Below are positions 40,701 to 52,623 of a DNA stretch of 64,000 nt, piece after piece. Position numbers and translations under genes: made by a program. The first letter of the stretch is position 1; every line of letters starts with the position of its first letter. The stretch covers positions 11,158,818 through 11,222,817 of the forward strand of contig OZ037772.1 in assembly GCA_964035545.1 (NCBI GenBank). The letters are read 5' to 3'. Below the pieces are notes generated by a model. It saw only the letters and a program-made list of their open reading frames with translations, was not told where the DNA came from and searched no databases. This DNA is from Bugula neritina (Eukaryota > Animalia > Bryozoa).

Positions 40701-41628
40701 TGAGAATTTATAGTGTTGTAGCTTTAATGAATGATATACTTGTATAATTTATGTTTTGTATTGCTGTTAGTTGGTCATGTATTCTATAGTTAACATTGTT
40801 GTTTATTCAGACTCCACTTATGCACCACAATTGGTAATAAGTCTTCAGAAGGTGAAGTGGAAACTTTATATATACTACTAGCTGTAGTGAGACAAAACCA
40901 CTGCTACTGTTGCAGGCACGCTCAGCAATCACCGACGTCTCAAACATAAGATAGTGAACAAGCGTACGACGCTGGCAGAGACAACTCCCGAGTCTATCAT
41001 GGTGGCCGCTACAGTCGCTGGAAAGGCTTGTTTGCCAGCTTCGAGGAGACGCAGACAGAGCGGCTTAACTCCTTCCGCATCAAAGAGCAGAGGTGGAAAA
41101 GCTAGAAGGTAGCATTATGCTGAAGTTATTGTAAATGGTTATCAATGTCTATATACTATCACCAGATTATTTGTGAGAGATTTTTAAACTGTAATAACAT
41201 TCCATATTATATATGCTGAGGTTTTAACTGAAAGATAAATTTAACTGGTTGTGCCAGATCTACTCTGCTATTAGTTCAAAGGCAAAGCAACTAGCTCTAG
41301 GAAGTGTATAAAGTTTATAATGCTGATTTGTAATATAATTATTTTCACATAATTTTATATTATTTGTAGAAGCCCTCCCCAGTATCCATCTATTTCTGAC
41401 GATGTCTCGCCTGCTGCTCAGCACAACGTCATACAGGTGTGCGCCATCACTTCTAGTGCCAACTCAACAGACCCTTTTCATTCGTCAGCCAATCAGATTA
41501 GTTCGAGTGAAGCACCAATATATCAAATTCTTGACTCTAGTTACCAGGTGCTACAGCAGGTGCCTTGTACCATGACTACGCAGGCTGACATGAGCTCACA
41601 AGTGCCATATGCCGCTGCTATGCTGTAG
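30941..41628 (+). CDS. Multi-C2H2 zinc-finger protein (~956 aa), probable transcription factor
   Basis: 20 phase-consistent exons: 30941-31057, 31419-31461, 31700-31861, 32592-32878, 33133-33262, 33525-33626, 33714-33790, 34063-34295, 34687-34864, 35082-35191, 35590-35735, 36197-36290, 37801-37861, 38239-38356, 38729-38906, 39180-39283, 39512-39655, 40194-40328, 40916-41108, 41370-41628 (2871 nt). Dispersed N-terminal fingers plus a C-terminal cluster with HTGYKPF, HTGERPF and HTGEKNY linkers. A probable 5' exon ends near 29962. Confidence 0.88.
32382..32580 (+). mobile_element. Probable tRNA-derived SINE
   Basis: A-box-like TAGTCTAGTAGTTAG, B-box-like GGTTTGAAACC, then GTCAGGAAGAGCATCC, resembling the GGAAGGGCATCC block found in many animal SINEs. 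Confidence 0.5.
33950..34021 (+). pseudogene. tRNA-like sequence (Thr/Tyr-like loop CTTGTAA), likely a pseudogene or repeat module
   Basis: Intact A box TGGTGTAATGG and perfect T-arm CCGGG-TTCGAAT-CCCGG. The acceptor stem (GCTTTAG/TGGGGTC) and anticodon stem pair poorly. Confidence 0.7.
34280..34500 (+). repeat. ~31-36-nt GT...AG minisatellite copying the exon end and donor (ATATATACCACTCAG|GTAATAT)
   Basis: About 6 units that diverge progressively with distance from the exon. Confidence 0.88.
35192..35445 (+). repeat. (GTA/GCA/GTG)n trinucleotide array starting at the donor
   Basis: Read directly. Confidence 0.9.
36528..36951. mobile_element. MITE with ~30-bp TIRs and TA flanks
   Basis: Left TGGGTCATTTTACTTAATTTAGTACACAC; right GTGTGTACTAAATGAAGTAAACTGACCCA; internal hairpin ACGGACCGTTACG...CGTAACGGTCCGT at ~36723-36755. 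Confidence 0.85.
37409..37770. mobile_element. (TA)n-embedded element with a perfect 49-bp inverted repeat
   Basis: 37457-37505 is the exact reverse complement of 37591-37639; long (TA)n tracts flank both sides. Confidence 0.7.
39290..39503 (+). repeat. 21-bp minisatellite GTAGCAGTTACTGTATACTCT filling intron 39284-39511
   Basis: Read directly. Confidence 0.92.
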
Positions 41629-42083
41629 CAGATATTTTGACAGGAACCCACAGCTTTCTTTTATACTGAATATAAATCTTTTATATGAATATAGTCTATA
41701 GGACTGTGCCTTGTAGCAATAAGCTGGTGCCATCACCTTTTTTTTTTTATTCATGATTGAAAAAGAATCAATCATACATATATAAGCATGTATATTATAC
41801 TGCATCATATATTTTGTCACTCCAGTGATTGTATCATAACTTGCTACTGCTACTGCACACATTTTGACAGGAACCGACAGCTTTCTTTTATACAATATAT
41901 AGCTGTTAGTGTAGCATGAATTTTTTTTATAAGAATATAGTTTTCAGGACTGTACTCCTCACCCTTTTTTTTATTCATGATTGAAAAAGAATGAACCATA
42001 CATATATAAGCATGTATATTATACTGCATCATAATATTTTGTCACTCCAGTGATTGTATCATAACTTGCTACTGCACACATTG
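41629..42083 (+). repeat. ~230-bp tandem duplication in the zinc-finger gene 3' UTR
   Basis: ATTTTGACAGGAACC...CTTGCTACTGC occurs at ~41634-41850 and ~41862-42075. Confidence 0.88.
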
Positions 42084-42188
42084 TTTTACATTCAAAATAG
42101 CAAATGTTGTTTTTCAATTGTCATTTTATTTATAATTTCAAAAATATACAAATACAGATGTGTTGTCTCAAGTTTTATTTATTTTCAA

Positions 42189-45100
42189 CTTAGACACTTA
42201 GACACTTAGACACTTAGACACTTAGACACTTAGACACTTAGACACTTAGACACTTAGACACTTAGACACTTAGACACTTAGACACTTAGACACTTAGACA
42301 CTTAGACACTTAGACACTTAGACACTTAGACACTTAGACACTTAGACACTTAGACACTTAGACACTTAGACACTTAGACACTTAGACACTTAGACACTTA
42401 GACACTTAGACACTTAGACACTTAGACACTTAGACACTTAGACACTTAGACACTTAGACACTTAGACACTTAGACACTTAGACACTTAGACACTTAGACA
42501 CTTAGACACTTAGACACTTAGACACTTAGACACTTAGACACTTAGACACTTAGACACTTAGACACTTAGACACTTAGACACTTAGACACTTAGACACTTA
42601 GACACTTAGACACTTAGACACTTAGACACTTAGACACTTAGACACTTAGACACTTAGACACTTAGACACTTAGACACTTAGACACTTAGACACTTAGACA
42701 CTTAGACACTTAGACACTTAGACACTTAGACACTTAGACACTTAGACACTTAGACACTTAGACACTTAGACACTTAGACACTTAGACACTTAGACACTTA
42801 GACACTTAGACACTTAGACACTTAGACACTTAGACACTTAGACACTTAGACACTTAGACACTTAGACACTTAGACACTTAGACACTTAGACACTTAGACA
42901 CTTAGACACTTAGACACTTAGACACTTAGACACTTAGACACTTAGACACTTAGACACTTAGACACTTAGACACTTAGACACTTAGACACTTAGACACTTA
43001 GACACTTAGACACTTAGACACTTAGACACTTAGACACTTAGACACTTAGACACTTAGACACTTAGACACTTAGACACTTAGACACTTAGACACTTAGACA
43101 CTTAGACACTTAGACACTTAGACACTTAGACACTTAGACACTTAGACACTTAGACACTTAGACACTTAGACACTTAGACACTTAGACACTTAGACACTTA
43201 GACACTTAGACACTTAGACACTTAGACACTTAGACACTTAGACACTTAGACACTTAGACACTTAGACACTTAGACACTTAGACACTTAGACACTTAGACA
43301 CTTAGACACTTAGACACTTAGACACTTAGACACTTAGACACTTAGACACTTAGACACTTAGACACTTAGACACTTAGACACTTAGACACTTAGACACTTA
43401 GACACTTAGACACTTAGACACTTAGACACTTAGACACTTAGACACTTAGACACTTAGACACTTAGACACTTAGACACTTAGACACTTAGACACTTAGACA
43501 CTTAGACACTTAGACACTTAGACACTTAGACACTTAGACACTTAGACACTTAGACACTTAGACACTTAGACACTTAGACACTTAGACACTTAGACACTTA
43601 GACACTTAGACACTTAGACACTTAGACACTTAGACACTTAGACACTTAGACACTTAGACACTTAGACACTTAGACACTTAGACACTTAGACACTTAGACA
43701 CTTAGACACTTAGACACTTAGACACTTAGACACTTAGACACTTAGACACTTAGACACTTAGACACTTAGACACTTAGACACTTAGACACTTAGACACTTA
43801 GACACTTAGACACTTAGACACTTAGACACTTAGACACTTAGACACTTAGACACTTAGACACTTAGACACTTAGACACTTAGACACTTAGACACTTAGACA
43901 CTTAGACACTTAGACACTTAGACACTTAGACACTTAGACACTTAGACACTTAGACACTTAGACACTTAGACACTTAGACACTTAGACACTTAGACACTTA
44001 GACACTTAGACACTTAGACACTTAGACACTTAGACACTTAGACACTTAGACACTTAGACACTTAGACACTTAGACACTTAGACACTTAGACACTTAGACA
44101 CTTAGACACTTAGACACTTAGACACTTAGACACTTAGACACTTAGACACTTAGACACTTAGACACTTAGACACTTAGACACTTAGACACTTAGACACTTA
44201 GACACTTAGACACTTAGACACTTAGACACTTAGACACTTAGACACTTAGACACTTAGACACTTAGACACTTAGACACTTAGACACTTAGACACTTAGACA
44301 CTTAGACACTTAGACACTTAGACACTTAGACACTTAGACACTTAGACACTTAGACACTTAGACACTTAGACACTTAGACACTTAGACACTTAGACACTTA
44401 GACACTTAGACACTTAGACACTTAGACACTTAGACACTTAGACACTTAGACACTTAGACACTTAGACACTTAGACACTTAGACACTTAGACACTTAGACA
44501 CTTAGACACTTAGACACTTAGACACTTAGACACTTAGACACTTAGACACTTAGACACTTAGACACTTAGACACTTAGACACTTAGACACTTAGACACTTA
44601 GACACTTAGACACTTAGACACTTAGACACTTAGACACTTAGACACTTAGACACTTAGACACTTAGACACTTAGACACTTAGACACTTAGACACTTAGACA
44701 CTTAGACACTTAGACACTTAGACACTTAGACACTTAGACACTTAGACACTTAGACACTTAGACACTTAGACACTTAGACACTTAGACACTTAGACACTTA
44801 GACACTTAGACACTTAGACACTTAGACACTTAGACACTTAGACACTTAGACACTTAGACACTTAGACACTTAGACACTTAGACACTTAGACACTTAGACA
44901 CTTAGACACTTAGACACTTAGACACTTAGACACTTAGACACTTAGACACTTAGACACTTAGACACTTAGACACTTAGACACTTAGACACTTAGACACTTA
45001 GACACTTAGACACTTAGACACTTAGACACTTAGACACTTAGACACTTAGACACTTAGACACTTAGACACTTAGACACTTAGACACTTAGACACTTAGACA

Positions 45101-46789
45101 CTTAGACACTTAGACACTTAGACACTTAGACACTTAGACACTTAGACACTTAGACACTTAGACACTTAGACACTTAGACACTTAGACACTTAGACACTTA
45201 GACACTTAGACACTTAGACACTTAGACACTTAGACACTTAGACACTTAGACACTTAGACACTTAGACACTTAGACACTTAGACACTTAGACACTTAGACA
45301 CTTAGACACTTAGACACTTAGACACTTAGACACTTAGACACTTAGACACTTAGACACTTAGACACTTAGACACTTAGACACTTAGACACTTAGACACTTA
45401 GACACTTAGACACTTAGACACTTAGACACTTAGACACTTAGACACTTAGACACTTAGACACTTAGACACTTAGACACTTAGACACTTAGACACTTAGACA
45501 CTTAGACACTTAGACACTTAGACACTTAGACACTTAGACACTTAGACACTTAGACACTTAGACACTTAGACACTTAGACACTTAGACACTTAGACACTTA
45601 GACACTTAGACACTTAGACACTTAGACACTTAGACACTTAGACACTTAGACACTTAGACACTTAGACACTTAGACACTTAGACACTTAGACACTTAGACA
45701 CTTAGACACTTAGACACTTAGACACTTAGACACTTAGACACTTAGACACTTAGACACTTAGACACTTAGACACTTAGACACTTAGACACTTAGACACTTA
45801 GACACTTAGACACTTAGACACTTAGACACTTAGACACTTAGACACTTAGACACTTAGACACTTAGACACTTAGACACTTAGACACTTAGACACTTAGACA
45901 CTTAGACACTTAGACACTTAGACACTTAGACACTTAGACACTTAGACACTTAGACACTTAGACACTTAGACACTTAGACACTTAGACACTTAGACACTTA
46001 GACACTTAGACACTTAGACACTTAGACACTTAGACACTTAGACACTTAGACACTTAGACACTTAGACACTTAGACACTTAGACACTTAGACACTTAGACA
46101 CTTAGACACTTAGACACTTAGACACTTAGACACTTAGACACTTAGACACTTAGACACTTAGACACTTAGACACTTAGACACTTAGACACTTAGACACTTA
46201 GACACTTAGACACTTAGACACTTAGACACTTAGACACTTAGACACTTAGACACTTAGACACTTAGACACTTAGACACTTAGACACTTAGACACTTAGACA
46301 CTTAGACACTTAGACACTTAGACACTTAGACACTTAGACACTTAGACACTTAGACACTTAGACACTTAGACACTTAGACACTTAGACACTTAGACACTTA
46401 GACACTTAGACACTTAGACACTTAGACACTTAGACACTTAGACACTTAGACACTTAGACACTTAGACACTTAGACACTTAGACACTTAGACACTTAGACA
46501 CTTAGACACTTAGACACTTAGACACTTAGACACTTAGACACTTAGACACTTAGACACTTAGACACTTAGACACTTAGACACTTAGACACTTAGACACTTA
46601 GACACTTAGACACTTAGACACTTAGACACTTAGACACTTAGACACTTAGACACTTAGACACTTAGACACTTAGACACTTAGACACTTAGACACTTAGACA
46701 CTTAGACACTTAGACACTTAGACACTTAGACACTTAGACACTTAGACACTTAGACACTTAGACACTTAGACACTTAGACACTTAGACAC
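42189..46789. repeat. Apparently perfect 8-bp satellite (CTTAGACA)n, ~575 copies
   Basis: No variant unit seen by eye; TTCAA flanks both sides. Confidence 0.98.
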
Positions 46790-46809
46790 TTCAAGCTCTA
46801 GCAACAAAA

Positions 46810-47420
46810 TAGGCATACATATATGAAAAGAGAGACATGCATAGTGAACAGAGGCATGGAAAAGGTTAGGAAACACTGCACTAACCTCTCTCCTTCCAAG
46901 TTGGCTTTGTTGTAAGGTCTGATGTAAGCTTTGTGACAAAGAAGTCAATGTAGGAACCTGGGCCGAGGTCATTGAATGTTCCAGCAGCAACTATAGGTAA
47001 TAGCTTTTTAGCCCACTCCAACTACAACAGTTTAAAGACCGTAGAGAAAAGCTACAACAGGGGAACAAATCAATTATGGGAAAGAGAAAAGGGAACTGTT
47101 ATAAGAGAAAAGAAAACAGAGGAAACAAGAAATATAACAAAGAGAGAAGTGAACAGCAAAAAGAAGTTCCTAGAATGATTTCTCATTTGCTAAGTACTCA
47201 GTAACTAACATTGGTGCCGCAAACTGATTTTATTAATTGTAATATCTAAATAAAAGAATGCTGTGCACCAGCAAATGAAAAATGAAAGTGAAACTTACCT
47301 TAAATATCAGTCCTCGTATAGTTGTGTCAGTACTGTAAGCCTCCGGTCAGTTGGTGTTGTTCTATTAGAGATGTTCGTATCCACAGACTGAATGATAAGT
47401 GAGCTGAAAGTGCAGGGTTT
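46810..47420 (-). pseudogene. Truncated unprocessed PSMB7 pseudogene (exon 5 and exon 2 with flanking intron sequence)
   Basis: 46855-47190 aligns by eye to 49657-49932 (GCCGAGGTCATTGAA, GTAAGGTCTGATGTAA); 47262-47420 aligns to 50850-51060. It carries indels and lacks exons 3-4. Confidence 0.9.
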
Positions 47421-47706
47421 ATATAAGTCTAGAAAATAGCTTTTTTTCTGGTATAGCCAAAATAGCTGTACACAAGCAAATAACACAACAGAGAAAAACA
47501 TAATGTAGCCAATGTAGCCTAATGTAGCTAACATAGCCTAATGTAGCTAACATAGCTATGATAATACAATTAAAGCTGTAATGATTCAACAAAAGCTTTC
47601 CATGCTCATGTAATGTCCCAACAGAAAACGGGTTATATGCATTATGTATATGCATTATACAAAATATTATAGTTAATGTGGACAACATATTTTCTCCTTG
47701 ATAATG

Positions 47707-48771
47707 CAGTGGTTCCCAACCTTTTCCTACAATCCACCCAAATTCATGAATACCAACTATTAATTTTAATTAATTTTTTATTACTGGCATCATGATAATA
47801 TACAAGGTATAACAATATATATTTTGTTCTAGTGTATTTGAATATAATATAATTACCACAATAGTTCTATAATCCTTATTATTATGCTATGCATGTATAA
47901 AACACAGAGCAGTTCAAGCATTAATGTTATGGCTGCAGCTGATGCCTCTTTGCCAGGTTGCATGCTTTGTATTTCACCAGGCCCATCTCAAGTCACTCTG
48001 CAGGTTAAGGCAGTTTCTTTTCGAATTGATGAGAATCCTACCTCACATAGATAAATACGATGCTGGATGGCACCAAAACTCTGCTTTGTAAGCCACTTGT
48101 AGCAATAGTTTGCTTGTTGACACACAAAATGATTTTAGGTGAAAATGGCACAGATAGTAATAGCACAATTAATAAAAAAATAGGTGAAATGGCACATCTA
48201 AAATATTGGGATTCAAAATTTGGGGTTTGGGGGTTTGAGTTTGAAGGTTTGGGTATGGGGTTTTAGGAAAAATTTAACATCAGTGTGCCATTTTTACCTA
48301 TACTTTTCCATTTGTGCCATTCTCACTGTGCCAATTTTACCTGCACCAATTTCACCTATAATCGGAACAGGTTCTTCTCCTGTAGTAGTTCATTGCGTGT
48401 GGGAAAAGACACCATATTTTTGATAGAGACACCACAAGTTCAGTGTAACTTTAAAAATATTGACGCTGCTATGAAAAACAATGATATGATTGTACTCATG
48501 CATCTTTAGGTTTAGATTATTTAGTGCACCAAATATATTTATTACGAGGTATGTAGTAAGCAGTTTATAGCGATTGGCTTTCATGGCTACTAAAAGCTGG
48601 CGTGTTGGCTTTTGCAAAGTTCAATTTAAATAGCGTTAAGGCTTATACACATATACATGTTCATGTAAATTCAAAAGCTCAAAAAGCCTTCAAAAAATGC
48701 CTGGACTTTTTAGAATTTAAATTCTCCCCTAAAAAATTCCAAATTCTACCCTATAGGGTTGGCAACCACCG
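47707..48771 (-). mobile_element. Decayed hAT (Charlie/ZBED5-type) DNA transposon remnant
   Basis: Termini CAGTGGTTCCCAACC and GGTTGGCAACCACCG. Minus-strand remnants YLVINIFGALNNLNLKM...FKVTLNLW (48390-48617) and VLVP..YLCEVGFSS..KRNCLNLQSDLR (~47980-48095), typical of the hAT C-terminal dimerisation region. The 8-bp TSD is not clear. Confidence 0.8.
48131..48363. mobile_element. MITE nested in the hAT remnant
   Basis: Left GATTTTAGGTGAAAATGGCACAG; right GTGCCAATTTTACCTGCACCAATTTCACCTATAATC; inverted AGGTGAAATGGCAC subrepeats and a central GGGTTT-rich tract. Confidence 0.8.
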
Positions 48772-49419
48772 ATATAACACAAGTGACCAAAGTTATTACT
48801 ATTGTTAATTAATATTTATCTTAATTGAGAATCTAGTTAAAACTAAGCAATTAGTAAGACTAAATAATCCCAGTAACCAAATACTTAGTATAGTACACAT
48901 AGTTGGAATGCCAAGTCCAACACTCTTGCTATTACTGTGTCATTCCAAATAATGCTATATCAAATATCTTTGCAGATGCTAACATATTGTATTTGACTAC
49001 TCTGAAATTGAATGAATATACTGAAGCATAGTCTAAAAAATTATATTAGTTCACAACAGTCAGGCATCTTATAGATACGGCTTCAGTAAACTGTTATAGC
49101 AGTGGCTTCAGTGAGTATTATGCATATGGCTTCAGTTGTACACCTATACATGGCTTCAGTTAGACACCTGTGTGCATGGATTCCCATGAAACCAAAGTAA
49201 ATGTAATTTAATATCATATGTCATAAAATTTTATTTGTTTACTTCTTAATGACTTTTAAATAAAGTTGTCTAAATGTATTACTAATTATAGCACAATTGT
49301 TATTACACAATTTTTTTGGTTTTTTCAAGATCATTTTATTTAGGTGACTTATTTACAAATTCAAAAAGACTATAATAACTGTAATTTGCTGTAAATAATT
49401 AATCATAAATACAAAGGTG

Positions 49420-52246
49420 CTATGCCACTTCCATTTGTTGCACGTGCTCATTGACAATGTCAAACTTCTTCACAGATTGTGTGAGAACGGAAGTAGTGCC
49501 TGATTTATATTTGTAGTCTCCTTGCCTGTAAAGTAATTAAGAATAATCAATAATCAATCTATATATCTATAAATATGCATACGTATATAAAATGAATGGA
49601 AAAACTGCGTCGACATGCAAAATGAACCGGAACGTGCACTATGAAAGGGTAATGGTATGGAAAAGGTTGGAAAACACTGCACTAACCTCTCTCCTTTCAG
49701 ATTTGCTTTGTCGTAAGGTCTGATGTAATCTACGCCATCCTTTGTGATAACGCAGAGGTCAATATAAGAACCTGAGCCGAGGTCATTGAATATTCCAGCA
49801 GCTATAGCATCGCGCACCAGCTTTTTAGCCGGCTCCAACTGCAAAATTTCCAAGACTGTGTAGAGAGGAAAGCAAACAGGGAAACAATAAATAGAACAAA
49901 AAGAGAAGTGAAATGATTTCTCAATTGCTAAGTTTAGACTGTTACATTTCGCGTACCTCCATGTTAGGTTTATATCCGTTCTCAAAGACGGCCATAGCGG
50001 CGAGGGAGCCCGATCCCATGGTGCCGTAAGGCACTGAGTCTGAGGATCCATGAGGGTATATGATGGAGAGTTTGGGGCCTGTAGGGTCCACCCCTCCTAG
50101 AACCAGAGCCGCACCGATGTGACCCTGGTACCTGAAGAGGTACTGCTTGAGCAATTGGCAGGCTGACGCGACTCGTGACACTCGGCCGGTGTTGAGGGAG
50201 TGCAACTCCAGTTGTGCTGCCACCATGTTTGTGGTGTACTCCGTGTCGGCAGCAGTGCCTGCAAGAGACCAGAATAAATCAAAGAGAGGTGAATTTGTGA
50301 GAATTGATAACGGCAACATCAAAGCATAAACTGCTAACCTATTTTGTGACATGATTGTAAGAGTGATAAATTTATGGTGAAAATATTTATCGTATCAAGT
50401 GCTGAGCAAACACTAGCAGCTTCTACGTATCGCAAACAAAGGGTTAATAAAAAATAGTTCACATTTTTAGACTTCATCAGAGCACAAGAGCTACACTTTT
50501 AACTCTACTTATACAAATACTGCAGACGTGTAAAACTAGACAATAAAGATAGCATACCCGCTCCACAGCAGTAGATGTTTGGTGCCATATAGTGTATCTT
50601 GGAGCAATTCTTGTCAGCTACCACAGTATCTTCTGTGGCCCTGGTATCCGCGCCCAGGATAACCCCATCCTAGAACACAGTTTAGAGATTGTAGTTATGT
50701 AAACTCAATACTCCACAACAAACATTTCTTAATATGGTCATATCAATTGTTGAACAATCAGTATAAGACCGTACATAATAACACAAAATTCACTAACAAC
50801 TTTGTCTCAAACTGAATTTATTAACTCTATTTTCCAACAAATAAATTATGTGCACCAACAAATGAAAAATGAAACCTACCTTAAATATTAGCCCGCATAT
50901 AGTTGTGCCAGTACTGTAAGCCTTTGGTGCTGTAAAACCTTTAGATGAAAGGTGAGCATTTCTAAAACAAACAACCAACTCTCAAGTTAGTTTGTGTTGT
51001 TTTAATAAAGATGTGCATTTCCAAAGACTGAAAGAAAAGAGGTGAAAGTGCAGGATTTATATTAGCTGAGTCACTTTATTTAGTTGATTCAGAAGCCAAG
51101 ACTTAGAATATCAAAATCAACATCTGAACTACCCCTGAAAAGTAAAGGTTAACCAAAAGCAACTCAACTTTAAGCCTAAGGCTAAGCAGTGTCATGATTA
51201 AAAAGTTGAGTTTTAATAGAATTTTAATTTGAATTAAATAACAACATTGTAAGAGGGAAACTAATTAAAATCCCAAAAAAGCAAAGAAACCAACTAAGTG
51301 TAAAACTAACTCCATCTGAGTTGAGTAACTGTACAGAAAATGAAATAATATCATATTAATATAATGTACTTATTTTCAGTTTATTGCAAATTAAAGTTAA
51401 ACCGAAACTGGGACTGGAGGTGCAGTCAAACAAACTGATATGACTGCAATGACTAGGAGTATATTAATATTCTTATTATTATATAAATATTAGTATTGAT
51501 AATCACACATTCCTATTGAGTTTTATATAATAATCATCATCATGATGATGCGCATATTCAAGTTTAATTCATATAAACTAACAGTAGAAGTATAGACAGT
51601 TTAGATTGTTTCGTACATCAGCTGTTTCGTATACAAAATGGTCGTTTTGTACACAAACTGAAACTGCTATTCATTTCGTATACAAAATGAATAATAACTA
51701 CTTTAATGATACTACTACTACTAGTATCATTAAAGTACATGCAATAAAATCAAATAAGTAAACAAGCATTACTAGTTTCCTTATTTCATTGTATCGCATT
51801 CCATCATCATCATGTATCTTTCACATTTCCCAAGTCACCTATTCAATTGATCAATGTTTTATACTGATCTATTATAATAAATGCTGTGCATTAATATTTA
51901 TTTTCGTATAATTATTGAACACGCTACTAAATTTAAAACTAATATAATATAATTGTTATTGCAAATGCAATTTAATTCAAATTGACTTAAGACTAGTACT
52001 AGACTACTAGTAGTACTAGTAGTAGTACTAGTAGTTAGGTTAAACTTAAAGCTATTCTTTATTTTTGAAGCTAATGTTTTAATTTACATTTATCTTCGAC
52101 TTTGCCGATAACTCAATCTTAAACTAGCAAAACCCATTACAAACTGCAAAATTAATTATTATAAACAAAATAAGTAATTACCTAGCACAATTTTCAAAAG
52201 AAAATCCACCCTGACTGGGTTCCTCTAATAATCCTTGCTGGGCCAT
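49420..52246 (-). CDS. PSMB7: Proteasome subunit beta type-7 (beta2, trypsin-like)
   Basis: Exons 52182-52246, 50880-50961, 50558-50669, 49957-50258, 49687-49838, 49420-49525 (819 nt, 272 aa). GGFSFENC propeptide, TG|TTICG catalytic Thr1, [52 protein letters not shown]. Confidence 0.97.
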
Positions 52247-52623
52247 GGCGTGAAAAAAAGTTTTACCTATCAATGAAATTTCAGCGGAAGAGCGTATCTG
52301 CAGAAAAAGTCAATTCTGCGTGCTCATTGTTCAGAATAATATTATTATATCTACGCTATATACGAATGCGCACGTGTGATTTTAACGCATACTATTGGTG
52401 AAACTCTGTTTCGTAAGACTCCGTAGCGTGTTGGCACTTGTCCAATACAATTCTCTATTTCAATTGGCTATAGTTTTACTGATGTGCTCTTCTATTGGCC
52501 GACCTACATTGATGCCGTTGTTAGTAAACAAATTTAGCGTCATTTCGCTTTGCGTGTTTTAGAAGTAAAGTTGCCTTTCCCTACCGCTCTATCATCTCTG
52601 GAATTGTCAGTCCGCATATAAAA
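52247..52623. promoter_or_regulatory. Bidirectional promoter between PSMB7 and the H1-like gene, with multiple CCAAT boxes
   Basis: Divergent ATGs separated by 377 bp. ATTGG/CCAAT at 52394, 52442, 52463 and 52494; locally CpG-rich. Confidence 0.7.
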
